Source: a virus (taxonomy: Duplodnaviria; Caudoviricetes). Taken from it: a DNA stretch of 37,506 bases. The stretch's first letter is position 1; each line of letters opens with the position of its first letter. Shown here piece by piece: positions 8,272 to 18,741 of the stretch. The notes beneath the pieces were generated by a model, which was not told the origin of the DNA, did not search any database, and was given only the letters and a program-made list of their open reading frames with translations. The stretch lies in IMG/VR virus record IMGVR_UViG_3300020403_000034, positions 1-37,506 of that record; one strand, written 5' to 3'. The translations under genes were made by a program, and so were the position numbers.

Positions 8272-11177
8272 TAGTAATCCTTGCCTTTATTAAACACTTC
8301 TAAACTAAAATGTAGTAACTGCGAAGTTCTAATATAGTCTTCCTTTTCTATTTTTTCAAGTAAATCTAAATATTTAAACATTATTTCATTTTTAATATCT
8401 TCAGCCCTTGCTGGATCAAAAGCATCGTCATAATCTGGTACATATATAACTCTAATACCAGTAATACCAGCTTCAGCATCTACATTAGATCTAGCTTGTA
8501 CTCTCGGTAAATCTTTGTAACGACTGTCAGTTATATAAGCAAAAGGAACATCATTTTCTAATAAAAGCTCTTTTAATTTTTCTATATTTTTTGTGTCTGC
8601 TGTTTCTTGCCTATCAAAGAAAATTTCAAACCCAGGTGTATTATTTGGTTCTGATAAAGGTTTATTATTTGTTTTAGCAATAAAACCAGACCATTGATTA
8701 TTTTCTTTTAATTCATTTATAAATGTCTTTTTAAATTCTGTATTATCCCAGTCTTGATTAGTTACAATTTCCATATTTAAGGATCTTTCCATGCCAACAG
8801 TTTCACCCTCTTTCCAAACACCTAAATTATTATTAGATTGAAAAGCATTAACATTGTCATCGACCTTTAATGGTGCAGATAAGTTTTCACTTAATTGAGC
8901 TTGTTCTACATTTGTTGGAGTAACATCACCTTGCTGTCTACTAACACCAACAACAGATCTTTCCTGTGGCGCAATAAGTTGATCTAACTCTTCTTGAAAT
9001 TTTATTTTATCTTCAGGTGAAGTATTTTTAGATCTAATTTTACTTCTTAATGTTTTAACTTTTTCTTGATCTACTTGACCAGCAAAATTAAGTTCTGTGT
9101 CATAACTACCACCAGCTTCATTTGTCCAACCACCTTTATCCCAACGATCTTTTTCAATAAACCATGCAATAGCTTGTATGTCTCTAGGCTCAAGTTTTTC
9201 CAAATCTAAAAACTCATTAAGTTCAGATCCTTGTAAACTATCAGTTGTTCTTCTAAATATTTCTTGAGCAAAACCAAACTCAGATCCAATGTCTGGGCTT
9301 TCAAAAGCAGTAGAAAGATCACCTCTATATCCACCACTAATTACAACATCAGCATGTGCTGGGTACCATTTACCACCAGCATGTTTACCAATAAATCTGT
9401 TAGCCCATACATCAATTGTAGCATCTGGATTTATTCCCATTATATTTCCAAGAAAGTTTATGGTCTTTGGTTTTTTACCACTTTGAATATCTCTAAAAAG
9501 ACCTAATAAAGAAATAGTTGCTTTTGGTGAATTGGTATTAAATAGCTTACCAGCATCGTTAGATATTAATGGAAAATCTTTTTCAAATTTAGATAAGTCT
9601 CCACCCTCTTCCATTCTTTGAATAAAAGCTTCAATCTCTAGATCATATTCACCCTTAGTAAATTTTTCTAAAATTATTTTTGAGTTTTTAAAATTTTGAG
9701 CAACATCAACACCAGCACTTGTGCTTGCTAATAGATCAGCAAATACATCACCTAAACCACCATACTCAGTTCTAAGCCTGTTTTGAATTGCTCTATACCA
9801 ATTACCATTAGAAATTATTTGTTGTGCTTCTGCGTCTCCCTCACTGGCTCGCTGAAAAACTTCTTTAATATCGTTAACAACATTTTCAGTAATCTGATTT
9901 TTATATGTTTCGTCATCCATACCTTCTGGAGTTATGTGATATTTATATTTAGGTAATTCTCCAGTATTAGGATCAACCCATTTAAATGTATATTTAGGTT
10001 CGCCTTTTTTATTTCTTTTTATTATTACTCCACCAAGATCTGGATTAATAAAATCTTCGTTGTCAGCAAATCTACTTTTTATTTTTTTAACTCTATCAGT
10101 TAAATCCTTTTTTTCTTTTTTTGATAAATTTAATTTATTAATTATTCCAATTTCATTTTTGGTTAATTTAAAACTTACTGGTACAACAGGACCAGATCCT
10201 AAAATATTAGTTTTAGGTTTATCAAATGTTGGTCCTCTTTGAAAAAATTCTTTACCTTTGTTATAGGCAAAAGGTATTCCTGTTTCTGCTAACTCACCAA
10301 GACCAAGACCAAAAATACCTCCAATACCAAAAGATGTAAGTCCTTGTGCTGGATTATAGCTTGTTGGTTTTTCATTTGGTAGTCCAGCTATTGATTGATC
10401 TATTGCGTAGGCATCATTATTAGACTGTATTTGCATAGCTTGTCTATTTGCATCATCAACAGCCATCCATAGACCACCTTCAACAAATGCTAGTGTTCTT
10501 TTTGACATGTTGTGTTTTAAGAGTGTTCTCGCAAGATCTTTTCCAGCATAATTTTTTATAAGATCATCAATAAGAGGTACACCTTGTTTGTAAATTCCTA
10601 ATCCTACTAAATTAAGAGGATCGGTAAAAATGCCTTTAGCAACCCTCCAAACACCATCTTTTGAAAAAGTAGGTAAACCAGCTTTGTCACTAAAATAATC
10701 ATATAAATTATAAAAATCTAATTGAGATTGATCATCCATGTTTCTCATATTAGCTGTTTGAATAATGCCATTGGTAAGATTCATATCCCACATTGAAATC
10801 CAATTAATCATGTATTCCATTTTTTCTTCATCAGTTTGTAGGTCTTTAAACTTAGCTTCTGGAGGTCTGTTTTGATCAGATCCAGGAGGATTGTAAACAT
10901 TGTATATTCCCCCAGGTTTTACTTTGTCATAAAATCTATTAACCAAATCTCGTACTGGGTAAGATCCGTCTTCAAGTTTATAATTAAATAAAATTTCAGC
11001 ACCATTAGACATAACAGATGGTTTTCCATCTTCACCAAAATCTTGTTCTGGATTTATAGAAATATTATTTGAGATAACCTCATAAGGATTGTAGCCAAGA
11101 CTTTGTAAATGCTGAAATCTCTCAGAGCTGGGATCTATTTTATAATCCCTGTTATCGTAAATTGTTTTTAATGTCAT
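8271..11177 (-). CDS. Internal virion / polyvalent protein (968 aa) with a putative HhH-glycosylase-like domain
   Basis: In the core-protein block; Gly-rich membrane-like segments in the N-terminal third; aa ~455-685 carry WY...DLLASTS...N...PKTINF.GN...TIDVWA.R...IQAIAW. Confidence 0.65.
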   Translation of the reverse strand: MTLKTIYDNRDYKIDPSSERFQHLQSLGYNPYEVISNNISINPEQDFGEDGKPSVMSNGAEILFNYKLEDGSYPVRDLVNRFYDKVKPGGIYNVYNPPGSDQNRPPEAKFKDLQTDEEKMEYMINWISMWDMNLTNGIIQTANMRNMDDQSQLDFYNLYDYFSDKAGLPTFSKDGVWRVAKGIFTDPLNLVGLGIYKQGVPLIDDLIKNYAGKDLARTLLKHNMSKRTLAFVEGGLWMAVDDANRQAMQIQSNNDAYAIDQSIAGLPNEKPTSYNPAQGLTSFGIGGIFGLGLGELAETGIPFAYNKGKEFFQRGPTFDKPKTNILGSGPVVPVSFKLTKNEIGIINKLNLSKKEKKDLTDRVKKIKSRFADNEDFINPDLGGVIIKRNKKGEPKYTFKWVDPNTGELPKYKYHITPEGMDDETYKNQITENVVNDIKEVFQRASEGDAEAQQIISNGNWYRAIQNRLRTEYGGLGDVFADLLASTSAGVDVAQNFKNSKIILEKFTKGEYDLEIEAFIQRMEEGGDLSKFEKDFPLISNDAGKLFNTNSPKATISLLGLFRDIQSGKKPKTINFLGNIMGINPDATIDVWANRFIGKHAGGKWYPAHADVVISGGYRGDLSTAFESPDIGSEFGFAQEIFRRTTDSLQGSELNEFLDLEKLEPRDIQAIAWFIEKDRWDKGGWTNEAGGSYDTELNFAGQVDQEKVKTLRSKIRSKNTSPEDKIKFQEELDQLIAPQERSVVGVSRQQGDVTPTNVEQAQLSENLSAPLKVDDNVNAFQSNNNLGVWKEGETVGMERSLNMEIVTNQDWDNTEFKKTFINELKENNQWSGFIAKTNNKPLSEPNNTPGFEIFFDRQETADTKNIEKLKELLLENDVPFAYITDSRYKDLPRVQARSNVDAEAGITGIRVIYVPDYDDAFDPARAEDIKNEIMFKYLDLLEKIEKEDYIRTSQLLHFSLEVFNKGKDY

Positions 11178-11181
11178 AGGA

Positions 11182-13203
11182 TTATTGAATAGTAAAATCT
11201 TCCATGCTGGAGTTTTTAATTAAAAATTTTAGGTTATTAAGTTTTCTATATTCAGCTTCTTTATCTTCATTACTTAACTCTGATCCTTCTATAGAAGTTT
11301 TCATGTCAACAAATAATGCATCCTTGTGTGTTTTATAAGCATCAATCATTCCAGATCCAGTATTAATATCAGGGTATTTAAGATTATTATCATTACCAGC
11401 TATGCTACTAAGTTTTGTCATAGTCTCTCTGGACAATGCAAAAGCACTATATGGATTCATAGTCATAGTTTCATCGTCAGCTAATAATAACAATGAATTT
11501 AATGAATTTTTATTTGCTTGAACAAAACTTTCTACAGCTTCATTATAAGCTTGAATCATATCTTTTTTTTCTATTGATTTGCCAGTTATTAAATCTTCAT
11601 TTGTTCTTTCAATAAATGAGTTAACTATAAGACCTGAAGTAAGTTTATCGCCATTAGGCATACCCATCATATCTATGCCTAAATCAAAACCAGTAAAACC
11701 TTTTAGTCTTCCAACAAGTTCTTTTTGGAATTGTGCAGATGGTGTATTAAGAATTAAATTATCTATTTGCTTAAATAAAGTTAATCTGTCTTTTCCATTC
11801 AGATCTATATTACCACCTATTTTTTCTTTAACGATTCTAAGGTCTTCTTCATCAAAAGCAGATGTAATTAATTCTTGTGCGTTTGTTAAACTTACAATAG
11901 AGCTTGGAATAATATCTCCAGATCTTATCCTTTGATGTATGTCTAATAAATCATCTTTATGTTCTTTTGTAAGAAAAGCATCGTTATAATCTTGACGAAT
12001 TTGATTATCCAACAAATCAAATTTTGCTCGCAAATCTTTAGCATCTTCATTTGACGGATCAAAAATACTTGAATTTTCCATAAATGGTTCAAATTCTTTT
12101 GTATAAGTTAAAACTTTTTTATTACTAGTATTTGATCTTGTTTTTTCAAAAATTGCAGATTCATTTTCTAAAACATCAGCTATCTTTTTTGTAGATTCAC
12201 CTTGAGCAGTTATAAGCTTATTAATTAACTCTTGTCTTTTTAGTCCTTTTACATCAGGTAAAAAAGGATAGCTTCCATCAGGAGCTTTTTGCTCTAAACT
12301 TTTTCTTAAATCTTCTATGCCTTCATAAGCTTTTTTAAAGTCTGCTGGATCGTCATAATTCATTGCAGATAGTCTTATAGATGTATCTAGTTTTGTTACT
12401 AAAGCATCTGCTATTCTTCCTTGAGATTCTTCTCTATCAGTAAACATTCCTCGTAGACCTTCATCGTTATTATAAAGTTCTAAAGAGTCCATAAATATTC
12501 CATTTCTTCCAGCTACAAGAATATTCCCATTTTCATCTTTTACTTCTTCCGATCCAAAAAGATCGTAATAATAATCCATGTCCATAGTGTTAATAAAAGC
12601 TTCTTCAAGATTTTCTACAGTCTCATCTTTTAAGGCTATTTTTTCATTGTATAATTTTGTCGCTAAAGCTCCTTGAATAGCTACTTCACTTTTAACATCT
12701 GTTTGAGCAAAGCTAGTTGCAACAGCTTTTTTAACGGCATTGTTTTTTACAATAGCATTTGGAATAGATCCACCAGATCCATCACTAACCATGTTATAAA
12801 CATTACCACTATAACCATCTTGAGGATCTCGAATAGATCCAACAGGATAGTTTACTTGATAAGCTTGACCTTTTAATAATGCATTCTTTACTTTTGCTTT
12901 TTCAGTTTTAGCCCACATTTCAACATCAAAACCAAATGGTGCCTGAGGAACAAAGCTATCAATCTCTGCGACAGCTTTTGTATATTCATTATTAATTCTT
13001 GATGCTTCTGTATTGTTTTTTATCTCTTGTAATCTTGCCCCAAGAGTAAAAACTTGCTTACCTAGTTCTGTAACACTTTGTCCAAAACCTATTTGTGATC
13101 TAGCACCAAGGCTTGATGCATTTGGATCTTGTTGGATCTGTAAACTAACATTACCAGGCTCAGTACCCATTCTTGTTGTAGATGTATATTTTGGTATCTT
13201 CAT
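11182..13203 (-). CDS. Internal virion protein (673 aa)
   Basis: MKIPKY N-terminus and helical composition; synteny after the gp14-like gene. Confidence 0.7.
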   Translation of the reverse strand: MKIPKYTSTTRMGTEPGNVSLQIQQDPNASSLGARSQIGFGQSVTELGKQVFTLGARLQEIKNNTEASRINNEYTKAVAEIDSFVPQAPFGFDVEMWAKTEKAKVKNALLKGQAYQVNYPVGSIRDPQDGYSGNVYNMVSDGSGGSIPNAIVKNNAVKKAVATSFAQTDVKSEVAIQGALATKLYNEKIALKDETVENLEEAFINTMDMDYYYDLFGSEEVKDENGNILVAGRNGIFMDSLELYNNDEGLRGMFTDREESQGRIADALVTKLDTSIRLSAMNYDDPADFKKAYEGIEDLRKSLEQKAPDGSYPFLPDVKGLKRQELINKLITAQGESTKKIADVLENESAIFEKTRSNTSNKKVLTYTKEFEPFMENSSIFDPSNEDAKDLRAKFDLLDNQIRQDYNDAFLTKEHKDDLLDIHQRIRSGDIIPSSIVSLTNAQELITSAFDEEDLRIVKEKIGGNIDLNGKDRLTLFKQIDNLILNTPSAQFQKELVGRLKGFTGFDLGIDMMGMPNGDKLTSGLIVNSFIERTNEDLITGKSIEKKDMIQAYNEAVESFVQANKNSLNSLLLLADDETMTMNPYSAFALSRETMTKLSSIAGNDNNLKYPDINTGSGMIDAYKTHKDALFVDMKTSIEGSELSNEDKEAEYRKLNNLKFLIKNSSMEDFTIQ

Positions 13204-13212
13204 TGTGTTTCC

Positions 13213-13734
13213 CTATCTAATCATGGCATACTGCATACCTAATCCACTTAGAGTTGAAACCCCACCAAGTAGACTTGAATATGCACCATATTTTCCAGAA
13301 GTTCTTGCTTGATCTCCGTACATTCTTGATAGATCAGCTTGCATACCACCTTGTATTGCTTGTTCCTCTAACTGAGCTTGAGCAATCTGACTGTTGTATT
13401 TAATCATAGCTTTTTCTTTTTCGCCCTCATACGCATTATCAAGCATTACTGTTAATGGTGTACCAGTGTCAGCTCTAAATCCATTTACTCGGTAAGCTTG
13501 TGCAGTAGATTTTTGAAGCCTTTCAAAGCCTTTATCAAAATCAATAAGATCTTGTTCAGTTTGTCTTTTTTTTATTTCAGCAGATAAACGAGAAACTTTT
13601 GCATTTCTCTCATTAACTTTTGCGTTAAACTCTTGGGCTTCTTGTTGTTGCTTGCCAGCTTTTTTTGAAGCTTTGTAGCTCATGTAGGTGCCACCTACTG
13701 TAGCTGTAGCTCCAGCGATTAAAACTGCTTCCAT
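13213..13734 (-). CDS. Small internal virion protein (T7 gp14-like position)
   Basis: Hydrophobic Gly/Ala N- and C-termini, Gln/Ala coiled coil, G...DTGTPL motif. Confidence 0.75.
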   Translation of the reverse strand: MEAVLIAGATATVGGTYMSYKASKKAGKQQQEAQEFNAKVNERNAKVSRLSAEIKKRQTEQDLIDFDKGFERLQKSTAQAYRVNGFRADTGTPLTVMLDNAYEGEKEKAMIKYNSQIAQAQLEEQAIQGGMQADLSRMYGDQARTSGKYGAYSSLLGGVSTLSGLGMQYAMIR

Positions 13735-14193
13735 TTAAAACTCCTTATAGATTTTTCCGTATGTGTAATAGTCTGTTTCGTTAGGTCCGTATTTTTGGTG
13801 AAAGCCTTCTCGCTTAAAACCTAAAAATTCAATGAATCGGACTGCTTCATCCCAGTCAGTAAGGACATGGGTACTCACTCTTTTAAATTCATTATTCTTT
13901 GCAATTATATCCATTACCCTTCTTGTAACTTTTACAATTGATATTGTGTTTTTTGACAATAGGTGTGTTCCATAAAACCATGCATCACCATGATGCTTCC
14001 ACAGTTCCATAATGCCACCACATGCAACAATTCTGTTTTGATCATCTATTGCTGTAAAAGATGATCCGTCTACTTGATGTTTATCAGCCCAATCTCTCCA
14101 ATTAATAATTGGATTTCTCATATCTTCTGTTGCAGATCCATATGGCTTTTCTAACCAATCAATATGAGTTGGTATAAAAGGTATTAACTTCAT
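13735..14193 (-). CDS. GNAT-fold protein (T7 gp13-like position)
   Basis: IVACGGI..LW..HGDAW and AVRFIEFLGFKREG motifs; follows the nozzle gene. Confidence 0.75.
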   Translation of the reverse strand: MKLIPFIPTHIDWLEKPYGSATEDMRNPIINWRDWADKHQVDGSSFTAIDDQNRIVACGGIMELWKHHGDAWFYGTHLLSKNTISIVKVTRRVMDIIAKNNEFKRVSTHVLTDWDEAVRFIEFLGFKREGFHQKYGPNETDYYTYGKIYKEF

Positions 14194-16757
14194 TATTTCT
14201 CAAATGTTTGTAATCGTGGATAAATAGATAAAATTGTTAATGGCAAAGGCTGATCACTAACAACAAATATAAAACCATCGCTGTCATACCCAGAGGTAAA
14301 CTCAATTGTTTTGTCTCCAGTGTAAAGATCTAATGGCTGGTCCATAGCATCAGATGAGCTTCTAAAAGGAATAAGATCATTAGTTGCCAAACTTTGTCCA
14401 ATCTTTAATCCAACAGTCCTAAACAATCTAATTGTTACATCATAGATCCTTTTTGTTTTACCTTGTGATGTTCCTAAAGTTGCACCAGCATCTACTCGCA
14501 TAGTCTGAAGTGTAGATGTATATTTTAATCCAAAGTGAACAGTTTTTGCAGATCTATTTAAAGTAACAGATCCACTAGACACAACAACATCAGGATGCGT
14601 AGATCCGTCAGCTAGTACCGATAATGTTTGTCCCTCTAAATGACCAAGACCAGAGAAGGATGTAAAAGCATTTGATGTGTAAGATGATAATCCAGAATCA
14701 ACAAAGAAAGCATCTTTTACATCAGTTCCAAAATCAAAAAAGTTAAATCGTTCAACAAATCTTTTTGTTGCTCCATTTATTGTTCTTTTTACGACAACAT
14801 AAATATCGTCTTCATCTAACTCACCAGGGATAGTTGCAATACTTTCTACTACACCATAATTATAAGTTACATTAGGAGACACAGAAGTATCAGTCCAAGA
14901 TCCTCCAAGAGTATGTTCATGCCATGCAACAATATTTTCTTCCCTTCGGTAAGTCATGCATGCAAGTTTTCCATTATTTAAAACACACCAAATTGTGTTA
15001 TCTGGCTCTTGAGCATGTGCCATTTCTTTTATGCCAGATGCCGTTATATGCTCTGCCATGATCGTTAAATCTGGAGCTGTATATGAATCTGTATCAAAAC
15101 TATAAACTAGCTCTCTAACCTTCCTTCTTGCTCGTTGTACAAACAAAGTAACATTACCTACTTGTATAGGGCTGACATTCGATGTTCCATAATAGGCTTG
15201 TCTTTTTATCTGTGCAGATGTTGGTGATAATGGTGCATCAGATCCAGAGGATCTAACAGCAAACTCACCACCAGATGTTCCAACAAGAAGAGAGCTACTT
15301 GATGATAAATATCGAATAACATTTACCTGATTAGATCCTATTGTATAGATTAATCCATCGTCATCAGCTACACCAGATGCAAAGTTTTCAAAGTCTCCAC
15401 CTTTACTAAAAAATAAAGTTTGAGGATTTGAATTTGTTCCAGCTAAAACTAATCTTTCTTCATAAAATGCTATTGCTCTTGGATAACCAGTTGTTGATGA
15501 GAATGCTCCCAATGACCAATCTAAATCATCTTCTAAAGCACCATTAATTGATATAGCAGATCCAGAATTTGCATTAACTAAATCATCGGATGGTGCTAAT
15601 AAAATTGTATCTTCTGTAGCTTGTACAATTAATTTTGGAGGATAACTTGAGCTTCCTATTGTTGCATTGTTTTGAACATCTGAAGCTCCAGCAACCTCAA
15701 TAGACATTCCTGTTTTAAATCCTTCCGTAACAAAATTTTTATCACTATTAACTATTCTATCATTATGCTCTAGCCCAGTTGAAGATGGATCACCCTCTGC
15801 AAAACTAATTTTACTATTACTAATGAATGGCATTAGCTCTGTTCTATTGTCTTCATTTTCTTGGATAGTTGTATTGACAGAAGTTAAGCTTGTAACAGTA
15901 GCACCAGAGTTATGCGCTACGGCTGTTGTACCTAATTGTCCTCTTTGCACTCCATTGTTTACAGATCCTCCAGACATAGAGTTATATTTTATAATCTCAT
16001 CACCGATCTTAAAATATCCACCAGGACTGTCTGTTTGAAATCCTGTGTTGCTTGCAATATTAAATGAAGTAGCTGAGTTGCTTATGCCAGATGATAATGT
16101 TGTTGTTACTAATGATGTAATCTTTGTAATACCATCATGGACCTTAATAAGTCTTCCTACATCGGTACTTAAAAATCCTTGACCATCGTTTATGCCAACA
16201 ACATCACTTGCATAAATAAAAGCAGTACCAGTACGACTAGAAGCTCGCATAGTAGTTGCAGTTAAATTAATATCCATCATTGGACCATTTTTGAAAATAA
16301 CTTCAGTCAAGGTCCAGTTAATGTGACTTGTTCTTGTAAGTTTTCTAACAGGATGATCTGGATGTACTAGATACATAACATCGGCAGATTGAACAAACTT
16401 AATGTCAGATAATTGTGCAGATGTGTATGTTGTAGCTGTTTCGACAATGGTGTTACCGCCATCAACAATAATTCCACCATCACGATAAAAACGAATATAG
16501 TTGTTACCAAACTCTAAGATATAAGTTTGCGTAACATTAAACTCAAAAGGAATAAGACGAACAGCATTTGCAGAAGATTTTACTTCATTAACAAATATAG
16601 TTCCTGGTCTTCTTGATACACCACCATGAGGATGCACAAGTAAATTTTTCATTTGAGTAGCACCAGTGAAATATTTTTCTAAGTCAGTTCTACCTGACAT
16701 TTTTTCACTTAACTCTCCAGATGTAAAAGCATTAAATGATGGTGAAGATTTTGCCAT
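14193..16757 (-). CDS. Tail tubular protein B / nozzle (854 aa)
   Basis: FTSGELSEKMSGRTDL, HGGVSRRPGT, LEFGNNYIRFY, FVQSADVMYLVHP, GYPRAIAFYEERL, VAWHEH, QPLPLTILSI motifs. Confidence 0.92.
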   Translation of the reverse strand: MAKSSPSFNAFTSGELSEKMSGRTDLEKYFTGATQMKNLLVHPHGGVSRRPGTIFVNEVKSSANAVRLIPFEFNVTQTYILEFGNNYIRFYRDGGIIVDGGNTIVETATTYTSAQLSDIKFVQSADVMYLVHPDHPVRKLTRTSHINWTLTEVIFKNGPMMDINLTATTMRASSRTGTAFIYASDVVGINDGQGFLSTDVGRLIKVHDGITKITSLVTTTLSSGISNSATSFNIASNTGFQTDSPGGYFKIGDEIIKYNSMSGGSVNNGVQRGQLGTTAVAHNSGATVTSLTSVNTTIQENEDNRTELMPFISNSKISFAEGDPSSTGLEHNDRIVNSDKNFVTEGFKTGMSIEVAGASDVQNNATIGSSSYPPKLIVQATEDTILLAPSDDLVNANSGSAISINGALEDDLDWSLGAFSSTTGYPRAIAFYEERLVLAGTNSNPQTLFFSKGGDFENFASGVADDDGLIYTIGSNQVNVIRYLSSSSSLLVGTSGGEFAVRSSGSDAPLSPTSAQIKRQAYYGTSNVSPIQVGNVTLFVQRARRKVRELVYSFDTDSYTAPDLTIMAEHITASGIKEMAHAQEPDNTIWCVLNNGKLACMTYRREENIVAWHEHTLGGSWTDTSVSPNVTYNYGVVESIATIPGELDEDDIYVVVKRTINGATKRFVERFNFFDFGTDVKDAFFVDSGLSSYTSNAFTSFSGLGHLEGQTLSVLADGSTHPDVVVSSGSVTLNRSAKTVHFGLKYTSTLQTMRVDAGATLGTSQGKTKRIYDVTIRLFRTVGLKIGQSLATNDLIPFRSSSDAMDQPLDLYTGDKTIEFTSGYDSDGFIFVVSDQPLPLTILSIYPRLQTFEK

Positions 16758-16759
16758 TA

Positions 16760-17350
16760 TTACCTTCTTGAATTAATAAATGTGTGTGCTTGTATAGATC
16801 CAGTATCAGCTACATTATCAGTAGCACCTGGCATTCCTTCCGTTGCGTCAACAAATCTTGCTTCAGATAATTTAAGCATATAAATATCCATCATCTGAGC
16901 TGATAAAGTATTAGATCCGATAACAGGGTATGCAATATCAGAAGCTAATCTTGATGCTATAGCTTCTACCAGTAATTCATCGTACTGCATTGGATCTGTT
17001 ACTTGTGCAACATATTGTATTTTTAATGGTGCGCCTTCGTCTGTTACAATTTTTTTGCCTTCGACTTTATAAACAGTATCAAGATATTCTAATCTTAAAA
17101 CTCGTAAACAATCTGCTGGTAAAGAATAAGCATAAGCAAATTCCCAATCTGGTGCAGTTGTGTCTGCTGGCAATTGAGTTCTTTTAATTAAACAGTTCCA
17201 TGGATGCGCCCTAAAAACGGCATCTCTTACATGTGGGTATCTTTGGTTACAGATACGACCTACTTTACTGTCTTCTGTTAATGATAGTATTGTTGAAGCC
17301 CCTATCATATTGAGGGCTGAATTACATATATCTACATCTGAAGTTGCCAT
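16760..17350 (-). CDS. Tail tubular protein A / adaptor
   Basis: DICNSALNMIG, HPWNC, YAYSLPADCLRV motifs; synteny. Confidence 0.9.
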   Translation of the reverse strand: MATSDVDICNSALNMIGASTILSLTEDSKVGRICNQRYPHVRDAVFRAHPWNCLIKRTQLPADTTAPDWEFAYAYSLPADCLRVLRLEYLDTVYKVEGKKIVTDEGAPLKIQYVAQVTDPMQYDELLVEAIASRLASDIAYPVIGSNTLSAQMMDIYMLKLSEARFVDATEGMPGATDNVADTGSIQAHTFINSRR

Positions 17351-17366
17351 AATAAATCCTTATGTA

Positions 17367-17399
17367 AATATGGGAGGAGCAATCGCTTCCTCCCATATT
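17367..17399 (-). terminator. Strong hairpin after the capsid genes (terminator or mRNA stabiliser)
   Basis: 12-bp inverted repeat aatatgggagga (17367-17378) / tcctcccatatt (17388-17399); U-tract is short. Confidence 0.65.
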
Positions 17400-17408
17400 C
17401 TTTAGTTA

Positions 17409-17834
17409 TTAACTAACTGTGTAGTAAACGACACTTGTGATTGTGCCAGTAGCAGAGCCACCAGCAGTTGTAATCAATATGTCTGTTACATCACCAATCT
17501 CATAACCGATACCACCGATAACACCATCAGAAGACAATGAAATAAGCTTGTTAGCTGAGTTCATTGATTGAGCTGTGATGTAGCGATCTGCATCAGCAGA
17601 GTCACCAACAGCTAGAGTAACGGATCCACCTAAAGCATCAGCTTTAACATGAATGTCCACTACTTTAGCTCCTTTTGGGAGTCTTGCTACTGTGATGTCA
17701 GAACCAGCTCCGAGTGAAGATGCTTCATAAGTATCTTTAAACACTCTTACTGCTCCATGTACTTCACTAGCATTTGCTAAGACAGAAGGAGATGCGTCAA
17801 TGTTAGTTATATTTGTTGCTTTAACACTAGCCAT
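17409..17834 (-). CDS. Capsid cement/decoration-like protein
   Basis: 141 aa beta-rich protein directly after the capsid gene; ARLPKGAKVVD and LAVGDSADADRY motifs; strong RBS GGAGGT. Confidence 0.7.
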   Translation of the reverse strand: MASVKATNITNIDASPSVLANASEVHGAVRVFKDTYEASSLGAGSDITVARLPKGAKVVDIHVKADALGGSVTLAVGDSADADRYITAQSMNSANKLISLSSDGVIGGIGYEIGDVTDILITTAGGSATGTITSVVYYTVS

Positions 17835-17843
17835 TTAGACCTC

Positions 17844-18701
17844 CTATTCAGCACAGTTGATTTGTACGACTTTTGATTCTTCCATTCTGGTAGCACCAAA
17901 GTCAGCACAATAATAAACTTGAGTTGAGTATGACTTGTCTGCTCTTTCCTCGATTCGAGAAGTTACATTTTTGCCAACACCCAATAGAAGACCATCTTCA
18001 GCCCATGCAAAGCATTTTCTGTCAGATCCGTCTAAACCAAGTCTATTGGTTACGATAAATTTGAAGCCTACAAATGAATCAATTTCACCAGTTGATAGAG
18101 CTTTAACAGTGTTAAAGTCTGAGCTAGTTACTGTTGTTGAATTTAATAGGTCTTCAATTTGCTCTGGAGAAACAGCAATATATCTTGTGATAGATGGATC
18201 AACATTTCCTTCATCAAGTTTCTTTTTAGCAGAAACAAGTTTCGCAATTGTTAAACCAGTACCACCAGTTGCTATAACATTACCACCAGGCAATGCTACA
18301 GAAGATGATCCAGTTTTTCCAGTTAAGGCTGATCCTGTTGCACTTGTAATAATAGCATCATCCATAGCTCTACCCATTGCACCAGCCATAGCTTTTGCAT
18401 AAGTAGAAGAAGGATCTGTTAATAGACGGACTTTATCAGCATCGTCTATTAAATCAGCTACTTCATAAGTTGAAGTGAGGACCATGCGCCTAGCATGAGG
18501 AGTTTCAATTAAAGGTGTATCTGCGTGACGAGATGTTCTTAATTGAGCTGTGGTGCTTCCCACTTGATCAAAAAATGCTTTTTCGCCATTGATAGATTCT
18601 TCTCTAACTGCACCCCTAAGTAAGCTTACTTTCTGTTGAGAAAGAAGCTGAATATTTGCACTAAATTGTTGTACAAATGCTGTAGTAATTTGATTAGACA
18701 T
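17844..18701 (-). CDS. Major capsid protein
   Basis: MSNQITTAFVQQFSANIQLLSQQK, RTSRHADTP, SSDFNTVKAL, ERADKSYSTQVY, GATRMEESKVV: BPP-1/HTVC010P-type capsid protein. Confidence 0.93.
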   Translation of the reverse strand: MSNQITTAFVQQFSANIQLLSQQKVSLLRGAVREESINGEKAFFDQVGSTTAQLRTSRHADTPLIETPHARRMVLTSTYEVADLIDDADKVRLLTDPSSTYAKAMAGAMGRAMDDAIITSATGSALTGKTGSSSVALPGGNVIATGGTGLTIAKLVSAKKKLDEGNVDPSITRYIAVSPEQIEDLLNSTTVTSSDFNTVKALSTGEIDSFVGFKFIVTNRLGLDGSDRKCFAWAEDGLLLGVGKNVTSRIEERADKSYSTQVYYCADFGATRMEESKVVQINCAE

Positions 18702-18741
18702 TACTTACCTCTTATAGTTGTGATTAAAAAAAAATTAAGTA

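Noticed and set aside
17935-18402. 155-aa plus-strand ORF and the other short antisense or nested ORFs inside structural genes
   Set aside because: Shadow frames of real genes with no RBS or recognisable motifs.
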